Shown here: positions 13,312-25,980 of the stretch, one piece after another
How the letters are laid out: each line of letters begins with the position of its first letter
Position numbering within the stretch: the first letter of the stretch is position 1
Source: Octopus vulgaris
Taxonomy: Eukaryota
Direction of reading: 5' to 3'
Length of the DNA stretch: 64,000 bases
NCBI GenBank assembly: GCA_951406725.2
Contig: OX597821.1
Span: 102,238,001-102,302,000, forward strand
Made by a program: the position numbers and the translations under genes
The notes under the pieces: model-generated
What the model saw: only the letters and a program-made list of their open reading frames with translations
What the model was told of the DNA's origin: nothing
Database searches by the model: none

Positions 13312-13896
13312 CGGTTGCTGCAACAAGCTTCAGGTAACACAATATCACTGTCACTACAAGAAAAATAACCCTAAATTTCTGACCCTCACACTGGTTCTCT
13401 TGACTTGCTTGAAAATAGCAGCCAAATCATCATATCGCACTATATTGTAAAGCGTATCTATGTGTGTGTATGCACGTGTGTGTTTGTGATGAACTGGAAG
13501 AAATGGGGCTCAGCATCACATAGGTGGATAAATATTCTTTTAATAGAGATCAATGGTCCGACACCAAAGGTTTCGTGAGAAAATATTTGCAGTTATTCAT
13601 TCGTTCAAAGAATGTTTGTCAACTGCCATTTAAATGGTGAGAATGCGACACTATATTTTGTAAAATTACGGCAGAGATGTTAGCAACCACAAACTAGGAC
13701 TGAAGAAAGTAAATAGTTATGAAGGGAGATAACCTTTCGCTGACTACAGCATTGGTTGTTTCCCTTTACTACAAGAATGGATTATGTCATCATGCTGAGG
13801 TAAACATTAAAATTTACTAGTGTAGGATCACTCGTTACTGGAATATACGACAACGCTGAAAGAAGGCGACTTAACAGAATAATGAATTACTTTATT

Positions 13897-14299
13897 GGGA
13901 TCTTTTCGGTTTTTTAAAAATAATCTTCACGTAACTAAACACTTTTAAACTTCGTATACTGGTAGAATGTGTTTATAAAACATCTTTTTCTCTTGGCTTT
14001 ATTGAGAAAATTCTATAGTTTGTAAGATTTCTTCGATTTCTGCAATTTCAACCAATCAATGACGTCTATTTGAGGTGAAAACATTCTGTGCCGTATGAAT
14101 ATGTCCCTCGTTTAAGAAACAGATTGGGTTTATTTACATTTCTGAAGAAAAAAAGATACCCTTCCTCCACCTTTAACCCTAACTAACCCTAACCCTAAAA
14201 CAGATTGAAATGCAATAGATCGATACTAGGGTCATAATTATGAGTGACAATTTCATATGACACCACTAGAAAAACTGCCGTTCAAACCGAAAAGATCCC
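13897..14299. mobile_element. MITE with 16-bp TIR GGGATCTTTTCGGTTT and 6-bp TSD TTTATT
   Basis: Perfect TIRs. TTTATT occurs at 13891-13896 and 14300-14305. Confidence 0.85.
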
Positions 14300-15565
14300 T
14301 TTATTGACCTTAAGTGAAGGAGTTATGAAAGAAAAAAGTTTGGAAAACAATGACCATATTGGTGAAATTACACTTGATATTGTTATTGTTTTGTTGATTC
14401 TGAGGAATAGCGAAGGCATTATGAACCTGGACAACCCACACCATCTTATACTCGCAGTCTGCATTGGACTTGGATATGCTATGGATGAGTGAATAGCTGG
14501 AGGCAGTGAAGGGGAAAAAGGGGGCTGGTAATATCCAGACAGATGAAAACTGGCACTCTGCCAGTTATGATGATGAAGGTTCCAGTTGATACGTGTACCC
14601 TTAACATAGTTTCCAGGGAGATTCAGTGTGACACAGAATGTAACAGGACTGGCCCTTTGAATTACAGGTACAACTCAATTTTGCCAGCTGAGCAGACTGG
14701 AGCAATGTGAAATAAATTGTGTTGTTCAAGGACATGATGCACCACAGGGTATTGAACTTACGACCTTAAAATCATGAACCAAACACCTCAAACCCCTAAG
14801 CCACATACCTTCACTGCTAAAACAGATACTGAGCAGAAGATATGGCTGTCCAACCTTGAAGCAAGTTTCACTAACTTCTGGCCAGTGTCATAAAGATGAT
14901 GCTGCAGATGAATCCCATACATGAATAAATGGCAGCATCAGGTTCATTAAGATGTCCTGACTGGAGATAGCATGGTTTGTGTCTCAGTGGAAAGAGAAAT
15001 TTCAGATGAGCAAAGCAGTTCTTCAACAGAAAAAAGTTTTAATGAGAATCAATCCAATGCAATCTGTCGGTCATCTTTGTCAGGTTTTCTTGTTTGGATT
15101 CCAGGTACTTTTAGACAGCGTTCAAATAAATCAGTAAGCTGAGAATATAGATATCATCCCTTGTTATCAGTTGCAGCTCAATCAAGACAGATCAAATACT
15201 GTTTACATCAGTAAAATGGCTTCTCTCATAAGTTGTATGTATCACTTCAGAGTAAATATGAGCAGGTTTTCTTGAATCCAAAAGGCAATGGAGCTGGAAT
15301 ACTGTTGTGGAGGTTATCTGTGACAGACTCATCTGGACTGCCCAGTGTTGTATCATTCAAGTACCACACATTGAACATTTCTCCATTCCAAATTTTGTCA
15401 TTCCTCATATCCATTACACAGACAACATTCATTTTAGCCATAAAACAGTTGACTGATAGACATAGGTAATATACCAGTGCCACATAAATAGCACCTGTAC
15501 TCCTTTGTGTATAAAGCACCCATTTTCCATGCTAACACGGGTTGGACAGTTTGGCAGGAGCTGGC

Positions 15566-15842
15566 TGTGGTGTATGTGAGAGATTCGAAATAAAGGCACC
15601 TACCTTCTCTTTGCTCAGATGGAGACCCTTCAGCGGTAATGGATCCTTCAACACAGCCCGACCCAAACGCTAGAAATAGCAGCTGCTTCACCCAACCTTA
15701 ACAACGTGCTGGCCCGTCTTACTTGCTCGGCGACCACGCTCGAAAGGGCAGAATCCTGCCCTACCTGCGTGCACGTCACTGTTACCCCTTCCAGTCAGCC
15801 CCAAGTTCCGGTCAGCTCCCCAGCTGCTGACGTCATCCCACA
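15566..15842. mobile_element. Solo LTR (277 bp) inserted in a SINE
   Basis: TGTGG...CCACA termini with 5-bp TSD CTGGC on both sides. The host SINE is continuous once the insert is removed. Confidence 0.8.
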
Positions 15843-15945
15843 CTGGCAAAACCAGGAGACACACCAGGTTCCATTGTCTGTTTTGGTTTGGCTTCTACAG
15901 CTGGATGCCTCTCCTAAGGTGAACCACAGGAAAAATGGAAGAAGT

Positions 15946-15981
15946 TTTTGACGTTTCAAGCTTATGCTCTTCTACAGAAAG
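15946..15981 (-). ncRNA. Atypical minimal hammerhead-like motif (core CUGUAGA plus an extra A)
   Basis: Minus strand CTTT-CTGTAGAA-GAGC-ATAA-GCTT-GAAA-CG-TC-AAAA; second copy at 6526-6561. Confidence 0.45.
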
Positions 15982-16139
15982 GAATGAGAAGAGAAAACAG
16001 ATGGAGAGAGAAAAAAAACATGTCTGGATTAACAGTTGAACATGTTGAGTTGACTCATCATCATCATCATTATTGGTCAATGTCTGCTTTCCATGCTAGC
16101 ATGGGTGGGACGGTTTCACAAGAGCTGGCAAGGCAGAAG

Positions 16140-17760
16140 GCTGCACCAGACTTCATTTCTCTCCAATCTATGCATGTCTTCTGCATTCAGAGCCCATGTC
16201 TCACTACCATGGAGTATAGCCATATGCACAGGAGCATCATATAGTCTGCCTTTCATCTTGAGAGAGAGTCCTTTTATTGCCAACGGAGGTAATAGCTCTC
16301 TGAACTTCCTCCACCCAATTCTTATTTTAGAAACATTACTGTTAGAACATCCTTCACCATTGCTAATTTGGTCACCTAGGTAACAGAAACTATCTACAAC
16401 CTCAAAAGAGCCTCCTGGGCATTTGAGTGAATCCAAGTCACGTGTGCTGTTTGTGCTTATTGTTCCTGCTCATCTGTTACATACAAAGATGACTTTATCT
16501 GTTAATCTGCCTGTGATTCCACTGCACCTCTTATGTGTCCATAGTTTACACTGGGTGCAGCAAATGGAATTTATTCCAACTCCTTTCCTGCATATTGAGC
16601 AGAGTCATTTACCTGATAGAAGGAGAGTTTTATCATCTTTCTTACAACATCTTTGGTCTTCGCTAAGTTAAACTGAAGGCCCTTTGATTCCAGGTTTTGT
16701 TTCCATACCTAGAATTTCTTCTCAAATTCTGCTAAAGATTCTGCAATAAGAGCAAGGTCATCAGCGTATAGCAGTTCCCATGGGCACCCAGTTTTGATTT
16801 CCTCTGTTATGGCCTGGAGGACACTATAATAGAGTGGGCTGAAAACTGATCCCTAGTAAACCCCTACCTGTACGCTAAATTTATCACTGTATTCATGGCC
16901 GACTCTCACCTTACTGACAGCATCACTTGTACAGCTCTAACAAGCCACTTCTCTACTCTACTCCTAACTTCCTTAGAGACCACCATATAACTGAGCGGAG
17001 AACTCTGTCGAAAGCTTTCTCAAGCTTGACAAAGTCTAAGTACAATGGCTTACTTTTGGCCAAGTACTTTTCCTGCAGCTGTCTCACTAGGAAAATGGCA
17101 TCTGTGGCACTCTTCCCAGGTACAAAACCAAACTGCATCTCATCTAGCTTAATTTTTTTCTAATCAATTGAGCTATAACCCTCTCAGTAACTTTCATGAG
17201 TCAGTCTAGCAATTCAATACCTTTGTAGTTGTTTCTAGCTAAGGTATCACCTTTACCCTTGTAGCAGCAGACTATAATACTACTACACCAGTCATTGGGG
17301 ATGGTGCCTTCCTGAATAACCTGATTAACTATATGGGTGACTAAGCTGTAACCTACTCCACTGGAAATTTGAATCATCTCGGCAGTGATTCCTGTTGGCC
17401 CAGGGGCTTTCTCTGTTTTCATGTCCTTAATTGCCTTATCAATTATGCTGCTATTAACTCTGATGGCTGGTCCCTTGATTGATTTGATATTTGGTAGGCT
17501 CTCCTTCTCCAATTCATTTTCTACATTTAGTAACCTTTTATAGTGACACTTCCATGTATCTTTCTTCTTTGAGTCACTAAATGCAAGCATACAATTATCC
17601 ATTCATACACATTTCTCACCTACCACACCTCTATTTTCTCTGATACATAGTTTTGCAATCCTGAACACTTTATGCCTCTGATCCTCAGGCTGAAGAACAT
17701 TTGCAAATCTCTTACCTTCAGCTACTCATTTTGCCATGTATACCTGATACCTAGCTGCCC
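16140..17760 (-). mobile_element. RTE-clade LINE reverse-transcriptase fragment (pseudogenised)
   Basis: KAPGPTGITAEM, YKGKGD, QFGFVPGKSATDAIF, LEKAFDRV, WELLYADDL, FCYLGDQI, LHGSETW; contains stops and frameshifts. Confidence 0.92.
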
Positions 17761-20700
17761 TTTTGGCTACCCACCACCACCACCACCACCACCACCACCA
17801 TCACCATTAATGTTATCCAAGGGAAAGGCAAAGGCTGATACAGCTTGGCACCGGTGATGTCACAACTCGTTTCTATAGATGAGTGAACTAGAGTAACATG
17901 AAATAAAGTGACTTGCTCAAGAACACAACACACAGCCTGGTCTGGGAGTTGAGCTCACTACCTCATAATTGCAAGCCTGATGCTATAACCACTGAGCCAT
18001 ACACACACACACACATGTTTGTATATTTGTATATATGTATCTATCTCTCTCTTTCTAGGTATGTATGTATGTATATACACACACACACACACATACACAC
18101 ATGTATATGTGTGTGTGTAGGTGGAGGCATTGCTATGAAGTTAAGAAGTTCACTCTTTAAACTATGTGTTTTGGGGTTCAATCAGTCCTACATAAAACTT
18201 TGGGCAAGTACCTTCTATAGCCCTGGTCCAACCAAAGCCTTGAGAGTAGAATTGGTGATTGGAAACTGAAAGAAGCCTGTTTGTTGTCTTCTTGTCTTGA
18301 TATTGCATGATAGTTGAAAATGAGCATCATCATCATGCAAGCAATATTGCTCATTTCAAATCTTCTATGAAAACATGTTTGTCCATTTGAAAATAGTATC
18401 TTATATGGAATCAAGTGAGGCTTGGTGCACAGGAAGGGCATGTAGCAGGAATCGTTAGCAACCAAACCCAGATCCCCATATCTGATGCCAAAAAGCAACA
18501 AATCAAGAATACGATCGTGTTCGTTAGAATGTTACCAATGTCATCAAAAAGTCAAGCTGTGCTTGAGAAAAAGACCTATCAAGCTGAGCAAAATTGCAGT
18601 CATGGCAAATACAGTGTCACACAAATGGCACCCGTGCTCGTGGCACGTAAAAGCACCCATTACACTCTCAGAGTGGTTGGCATTAGGAAAAGCATCCAGC
18701 CATAGAAAACTGTGACAAATCAGACTGGAGCCTGGCACAGCCTTCCAGCATGCCAGTCCAGTGAAACCATCCAACTCATGCCAGCATGGACAATGGACGT
18801 TAAATGATGATGATGATGATGATAATGATTCCAGACTTCATTTGGAACCAGATTTAACAACAATTTCATCTTTGGTACACTTTTTCTGAGCAAGATCACC
18901 ACTGTGCATTTTAGCCATTACTAACAGACAGCAAACATCAGGCCAGATGCAGAAGACAGTAGGCAGCTGACCAGAGAGCTGTCATAATAAAAACAATAGA
19001 TGGATGGCAACAGCAACACACAATGACCAACTAACATCTTGACAACTACTACTCTCATGCTTAGTCCCAAAACAACCAGCTCCTAACTATCTCAGTGTCT
19101 GTCATTTGTAGTAAGGACAACATTTTCGGTTTATAATAAAAATTGGTATTTTTTAAAATCAGAAATCTCAAACATATTTCAGTGTTCTTTATTGTACCAG
19201 ACACATGGTGATAGAATATCTGCCTCAACAAATTCCATCTGAATCATGCAAGCAGAGTAAAACAGGAGATAAAACGATGATGATATTCATGATGAAGATG
19301 ATGGCCAAGTTAAAAGACCATCATTACTGGTATTTGGTTAAATCCTTTTTGTTCTCTTGTTTCATTTGGCATGTGTAAAAAGATTCGAGCGAGGTCATTG
19401 CAAGTACCGCCTGACTGGACCCCATGCCGGTGGCACGTAAAAGCACCCACTACACTCTTGGAGTGGTTGGCGTTAGGAAGGGCATCCAGCTGTAGAAACT
19501 CTGCCAGATCAAGACTGGGGCCTGGTGCAGCCATCTGGTTCGCCAGCCCTCAGTCAAACTGTCCAACCCATGCTAGCATGGAAAGCAGACGTTAAACGAT
19601 GATGATGATAGAATATTTGACCATTCTACAACAGAGATGGGGAACTTTTATAGCTTAACATGTTAAAATTATAATTTCTTTGACAATCACATTATTGAAG
19701 TGACAGTTATCCTGCATCTTTTATTTGTTTCAGCCATTGGACTGTGGCCATGTTGGAGCATCACCTTGAAAAAGTCAAATAAATTGACCCCAGTAAATTT
19801 TTCTATAAGCCTGGTACTTATTCTATTGGTCTGTTTTGCCAAACTGTGAAGTTACAGGGGATATAAACAATCCTACACTGGTTATCAAGTGTGTGTGTGT
19901 GTGTGTGGTGGGGTGCAAACTCAAACACATACATACATACACACACATACATACACACCCACATACAGACACATAATGGGCTTCTACATAGTTTACATCT
20001 AGCAAATACCCTCACAAGGTATTGGTCGGCCTGGGGTTATAATAGAAGACACTTGCCCAAGGTTTGACACAGTGGCACTGAACCTGAAACCTCACAGTTG
20101 CCAAGTGTGAGCTTCTTCACCTTACAGTCATGTCTTTAACTTTAGGTAAATGCTTCTAAAGTCTTTTATAATATGATATTACTGGTAGATGTTATGAAAG
20201 CCGTTTTTGTTTCACTAAAATCCCTTTGGCGTATTACTGCCAACAAGCTTTGTTCACAAACACTGTCTTACAAAGCACAAAATCTTAAGTTTTGTTTAAA
20301 AAGCCGTCAGTATTTATAGTAACAATAGATTTAAAAGAAAAAATACTGCACCTCATAATATAATAAAAAGGTCTATATACAGCTTCATAGGAGCAGGCAT
20401 GGCTGTGTAATTAGGAAGCTTTGCAACCACATGGTTTTAGATTCAGTCTCAATGCACGTCACCTTGATCTACTATAGGCCTGGGTTAACCAAGGCCTTGT
20501 GAGTGAATTTGGTAGACATATTACTGTATGTATAAGCCTGTGTGTTTGTTCTCCACCACCAACTGACATCTGGTGTTGGCTTGTTTATGTCCCTATAACT
20601 TAGCGGTTCGGCAATAGGCATCAACAGAATAAGTGCCAGGCTTTAAAAATAAGTACTAAAAACAATTTGTTCAACTAAATCCTTAAGTTGGTGCCCCAGC

Positions 20701-20804
20701 TCGGTCGCATTCTAATGACTCAAAAAAGTAAAAGAAAGGTAACAAAATCAATGAGTTTAACACGAAGTAGGATGAATAATCAAAGAAAATTAATAATCCA
20801 ACGC

Positions 20805-20812
20805 AAAAAAAA
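20805..20812 (-). terminator. RNA polymerase III terminator (T8) of tRNA-Ala
   Basis: Run of 8 T on the minus strand starting 3 nt after the discriminator base. Confidence 0.85.
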
Positions 20813-20815
20813 TTC

Positions 20816-20887
20816 TGGAGATGCCGGGGATCGAACCCGGGGCCTTTCGCATGCAAAGCGAACGCTCTACCACTGAGCTACATCCCC
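20816..20887 (-). tRNA. tRNA-Ala(UGC)
   Basis: GGGGATGTAGCTCAGTGGTAGAGCGTTCGCTTTGCATGCGAAAGGCCCCGGGTTCGATCCCCGGCATCTCCA: complete cloverleaf, G3:U70 alanine identity pair, anticodon TGC, intact A and B boxes. Confidence 0.97.
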
Positions 20888-22218
20888 CGATTGAAAATAG
20901 GTTTCTTATTTTACCTTATTATTCTTAATATTACTAATGCTTTTCAAAATTTCTGCTGTATAACATTAATATTTTTACTGATTACAACATCTATGATTGA
21001 TATTCGAAAATTTTGAATAAATGTTTCTCGCCACGTTCTTGATTTTTTTCTATTACACACCCACTATTTAAGGTAGTAGCTGATGAGAGAACTAGATTAT
21101 CGATAATCGATAAAAAGAAAAGAGCTAGTGCATCTATACATAATTTTAATACGTAGCCACATGTTTGTATAAAACGTAACGTCTTCGTATTTGTATGTTG
21201 TCAACCGAATATTATAAAATGGACTATTCCAAGCTTCGTCAGTTTTAATTCCTAATTCACGAAGCAAATGATCTTTTACTCGAGAAAAGTTTTTAAAATC
21301 AATTTTTTCCTCTTTTTTTTTTAGAAAAACAGAAGCAAAGGGAAACCTATCAAATTTACTACTGTAAATTATTTGGGAGTTTGCATGTGTCTAAATCAAC
21401 TACGAAAAATTAATTGCCAAAAATTATTTACGGAAGGCTGTTCGTGCCATAATTCAGTATGCAACACCTTGACAGTAATTAGGTAGAAATATAGGCCATA
21501 CCAGAGAACGATGTAAAAACACGGAAAGCAGGGGGAAATACATACAAAGGGCGTGAACACGCTTATCCTTTATTAGTTATCAACTAAAAATCATCACAAT
21601 TTCGATGCTTTATCGATAATATTGTTCAATTTGACGGCGTCAGCAGCAAAATGTTGCTGGGGGTTTAAATGAGCGACCATGAAAGACAGTAAGATAAGTG
21701 CAAAAAAAAAAAAAAAAAAGGCGAAGTCTCTAGATTGAACGATGAAAAGAACGAATTATGACGAAACCATATAAAACGAAAAGGCTAGAATTAACGAAAA
21801 AATATATAATAAACGTCACGCACATCCCTATACAGACATATCCATCTGTTTGTGATGCTCTTTATAGGATAACTACGCTAGATTTGTGTGTGTGCGCACC
21901 GTTCAGTTTGGCTCTAATTATTGAGTCTTAGGTTTTTGTTGGCGTGCTGCCTCTATTGAACATTTTGTTATGTGTTGCAACGTTGCGATCAAAATAAAAA
22001 TGTTATTTTGACGTTTATTTGCTGAGCTTTGCATACCATAAGCGACTCTGTTCACATCGAAACTAAATATGTTTACTAAACAAATAAAGATATCACTCCA
22101 TATAGACATTTATTAAAAAAACATTCTAGTTGGTAATATTTAGATAGTTACGCCCCCAAATTATATTTTGTATCAAGTAAAAATAGGAAGAAAACGGGGT
22201 AGTTAAAACTGGGAGCAA

Positions 22219-22504
22219 CAGTAATGATAAATGTCAAAATCTGACTTGGTTTTCTTGAACTACCGAAAGGAAAAAGCAGTTGCTTCAAAATCGACAAATT
22301 ATGCACCCCTCTAATTTTTTATTTTTGATTCCCCGCCACCCATAATTTTACATACTTTGTGTGTGATACAATCATATTCTTCCTCTCGTATAAAGCCCGA
22401 TAATTAATGTCATCTCTTGAATGTAAAAGTCTGAATGAGGCATTCAGTTTTCGTTTCGTTTATGTAGAAAAGTCGAGTCAGATTTTCATGCTTCCCTATT
22501 ACTG
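22219..22504. mobile_element. MITE with imperfect CAGT...ACTG TIRs
   Basis: CAGTAAT..AAAATCTGACTTGGTTTTCT versus AGAAAAGTCGAGTCAGATTTT..ATTACTG. Confidence 0.6.
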
Positions 22505-23049
22505 AAATCATCTACTTTCATTATACTGGTTTTCTTTTCAACTTTAAACTTTATTCACCAAGCTACTCACGTAATAATTGTAAAATCATATCTATTTGAT
22601 TACAAAGAACAAATTATGACTGACAACAAACAATAATTAATCACTTGAGGAAACTCTGCCTGAAAAATGTTATGCGCGCATTATTTTCCACACAACTCTT
22701 GGCGAGTTGTTTTCATTTCGATTCCCAGTTGTAAAAGTTTCACATCTTCAACATTGCTATTGCTACTGAGAATATCGTAAATCTTATACAAATTTATTTA
22801 TCCCACCCCGGTTCCTTATTTCTTCGTCAAAACAAGAACTAAATTTGGTAATTTGTGGGTTTATCCCATGCACTATACAGTTGCCATCCATTCAAGAGGT
22901 TCTTCCAAATGGATGTGTTCTACAGATCAAGGATTTTATTTGGTTCCTTGACATTTTCACAACTTTAATTGTTGATTTATCTTATCTAACGTTTTCCTAA
23001 AAAGGTATGCTAATTCGCCCCCCAGGGGCGAATTAGCATACGAATTTCA

Positions 23050-24140
23050 TAACATGATATTCCGATATTCTCGGTTGTCATACTATGAGTTGGCTTTATC
23101 TGTCTTTTTGGTTCTTTCTTTTCTATTCCACAATTTACTCCTGTTTCGCCGGGAGATCCCATTCTCTATTATGGTCTTGAACTTACCCTTGAATCCTTTG
23201 TATACTCTGATCCCATCTGTTTGGCTGTACTCAGATAACTGGATACGATGGATATGAAGTGTTGTATGTGTCTTTCTAATTCCGTTGGGTCGCACATGCA
23301 TGATACGTTTCTCATCATCTTTAACAAGTCCGCTTTTAGGATACTGAACTTGATATTATCTGCAAGAGCTGCGTTCACGTAGACGTATTTAGAGGCCATG
23401 GGTTTGGTATAGTGGGAATGAAGGATCTGGACCTTGTTGCTCCTGGTTTCCAGCCAGAGTTGTGTGTCTAAAATCGATTGTCTGTTGTTAGGGTGTTTGC
23501 TAAGGAAATTTGTTGTTACTTAAATATTCAAGTGGATGGAGTTAGATACATGCTGGATGCCCTTCATAAAGTTAGCTTCTAGTTCATTGAAAAGCACCAC
23601 TGTCTTGCAGAGGTGCTTTTTCCACTATGTTGATACCATCCACAAAACGGGAGCACATGTTTAGGGTTATGGAGCTCTCTGCTAAGCATTCTTTGAGGTC
23701 TTCTGTCCCACAATAGTATGAAGAGGCTAGCCACATCGCCAGCAATACTGACACCGATGGCTGCACCCTCTTTTGGGGCTCATATCTTGTCATTAAACTT
23801 GAACATGTGGCCCTTTCATGTAACTTTGGTACTCACACCTACCGCATGTGCAACCATTTTTTTCGTGTGATTGTAGTTATCGTGGGTTCGTATGGCTCTG
23901 GTCCACCAGTTCCATCTTCTCCATGTCGCTCTCACTGATCATCTCAACAGCTAAATCAACATCAGTGGATGAATGTAGAGACACCACATCCATACTGCCT
24001 ATTATGCATCCTGTTGCGTCGCAGGTGGGGTTCCATTTGTTGATTCTGTGGCGTTCTTGATGGTCTTGCCACTGGATCAGTGGTCGCTTTTTTATCCTTG
24101 CGGAGTCTATACAGCGCTGGGACATCGTTATTTGCAACTT
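23050..24140 (-). mobile_element. Penelope-like element reverse-transcriptase fossil
   Basis: IIGSMDVVSLHSSTDVDLAVE, MCSRFVDGINIV, SILDTQLW and HYTKPMASK..ADLLKMMRNVS motifs, typical of PLE RT core and thumb. Confidence 0.75.
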
Positions 24141-24324
24141 GAAAGTTGTTGGTCGTGCGTTTCTTTAGTCCTATGAGGTTTGATCACATCATGATGTGAG
24201 CATGGAGAATCTTTTCCCTCTCTACATGTGCTTGTATTGTTATTTCTCTCAAGTTGGTGTTGTGAGGTTGCACTGCCTGAATGTTGTTTGGCAGGCTGGC
24301 TATCGACATTTTCTTCTTCTCTCC

Positions 24325-24472
24325 CAGTGGTTCCCAACCTGTGGTCCACAAAAGTAGTACAGGGTGTCTGTGAACATGTTAAGCTGATAAGACTATTCAA
24401 TATCCTGGGGTTCGTGGGAAAACTCATTTAAATAAAAGGGGTCATTGGTAGTGAAAAGGTTGGGAACCACAG
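24325..24472. mobile_element. hAT-type MITE
   Basis: CAGTGGTTCCCAACCT / AGGTTGGGAACCACAG termini. Confidence 0.7.
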
Positions 24473-24958
24473 CTCTAGCTCATCATTTCTCTCACTACTA
24501 TCTCTCTGGTTCTCTCTATTATTGTTCCTGTTGTTGTTAGTGTTGGTTTGCATATTTTCATAGTTGTCTTTGTTGTTGTTGTTCTTGTTGCTATCCTCAC
24601 TGCTATCACTATTCTTAAAACCATTGTTATCATTAGCGAGCCGGTAGAATTGTTAGTACGCCAGGCAGAATGCTAAGCAGCATTTCGTCAGTCCTTACAT
24701 TCTGAGTTCAAATTCCACCGAGGTCGACTTTGCCCTTCATCCCTTCGGATGAGCGCTAGGGTCGATGTAATCGACTCGTTTCCGTCCCACAAAATTGCTG
24801 CTCTTGTGACAAAATTTGAAGCCATTATTATCATTAATAATATTAGTTTGGTTGCACCCATGGAAAACTTAAAATTTAGTATGTTGAAGTAATTGTTCGA
24901 AATGGTTATATAATGGGACATTATTTTGTCTTTCTGTGTTCGTGTGTTCGTTGTACTC

Positions 24959-25980
24959 TGTAGTGTGATGGAGGAAAAAGAAGCAAATGGGAGAAGGGAA
25001 TACAGAGACCTTACCTGTTGACCTAGGCAGGATGAGCAATCACTCTCAAGAAGTAAACACGTCCTCGCACGCTACCGTCTCTCATCGAACTCCCCGCACG
25101 TGCTTCCGGCCCACGCATGCCCCATGGCTGTTCAGCCGGCCCCTGCAGTCTTCACTTCCGTCTACATCATCTGCAATCCACTTCACCAACACCACATAGC
25201 TCATCACAGCCCATAACACCACACGTCCCCCCCCCCGATCTACACATCATTCAACCAGCTTTCCCACTCACTCCTCGCTCCTGAACTCACACCTTAACTG
25301 GTTTCATGATCAGCCGACCAGGGAGAAGGGTGCCACTCCCTCTGTGGTCGCCGTGCGACCCTGGGACTGGCCTGAGTTCCTGGCATGCTGCTGCTGTCTT
25401 CCTCTTCTTGCCTACTGTTTCTGTCTTCATCTTCTTGCCCATTGTTGCTGGTTCCATCCTCTGAGGCATGAACAATCTTCCATACATCCAAAACGTGGCG
25501 TGGCATACCATCGACAGAGATGTTCTTCAAATTGATGGAGGTTATTGTTCCCTTTCCTCATCGTGATGTACACCATGCATTTGGGGGTTTTACCCAAACT
25601 TCTTCTCCGACCTGCACGAAGGTGTGCTCTTCCTCTGCCCCGGATCATATGGATACCAACACTTGTACCTGAATATTGCTCTGTGTGGCACCGACTCCTC
25701 AGCCTGTCCTGAGCAGGGCGACATATTGTACCAAAATACAGCCTCAATTGGTGAAATATGGCCCCTCTCTGCCATGATCCTGAAGGTACGATGATGCCTT
25801 TCCACCACCCCATTTCCACTTGGCCGGTATGCTGTCCTGAAGAAGCAGTTGACCTGCCACCCATCAAGCATTTCTTTCAGCTCCTCCGAGCAAAATGCAG
25901 TGCCATTATCCAGAAGCAGTTCATCCACGGGGCCTCATTCCTGGAATATCTCATTTAATACTTTCACGATTTCCTCTGAG
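24959..25980 (-). mobile_element. Truncated Ty3/Gypsy element: integrase C-terminal part, PPT and 3' LTR (24959-25223)
   Basis: LLLDNGTAF...TAYRPSGNGVVERHHRT integrase core. A G10 polypurine tract abuts TGTGGTGT, and the LTR ends ACACTACA (7/8 inverted termini). Confidence 0.88.

Larger units (their letters stand above)
12580..15465 (-). mobile_element. Decayed CRE-clade non-LTR retrotransposon, interrupted by SINEs and a MITE
   Basis: FNVWYLNDTTLG (YLDD motif region, about 15345-15380); thumb-like DRLHWIDSH*NFFLLKNCFAHLKFLFPLR (about 14980-15070); C-terminal GDSHEVTWLSKRLSLAIARGNAASVL (12605-12690), typical of the CRE restriction-like endonuclease end. Confidence 0.75.

Noticed and set aside
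13777-13799. ATG GAT TAT GTC ATC ATG CTG AG|GTAAAC as the first exon of a divergent gene
   Set aside because: It lies within the span of the decayed CRE element, and no compatible downstream exon was found.
14170-14200. TAACCC repeats as an interstitial telomere
   Set aside because: Only about 3 imperfect units, and they are internal to a MITE.
20688-20876. 62-aa plus-strand ORF
   Set aside because: It runs through a SINE tail and the antisense strand of tRNA-Ala.
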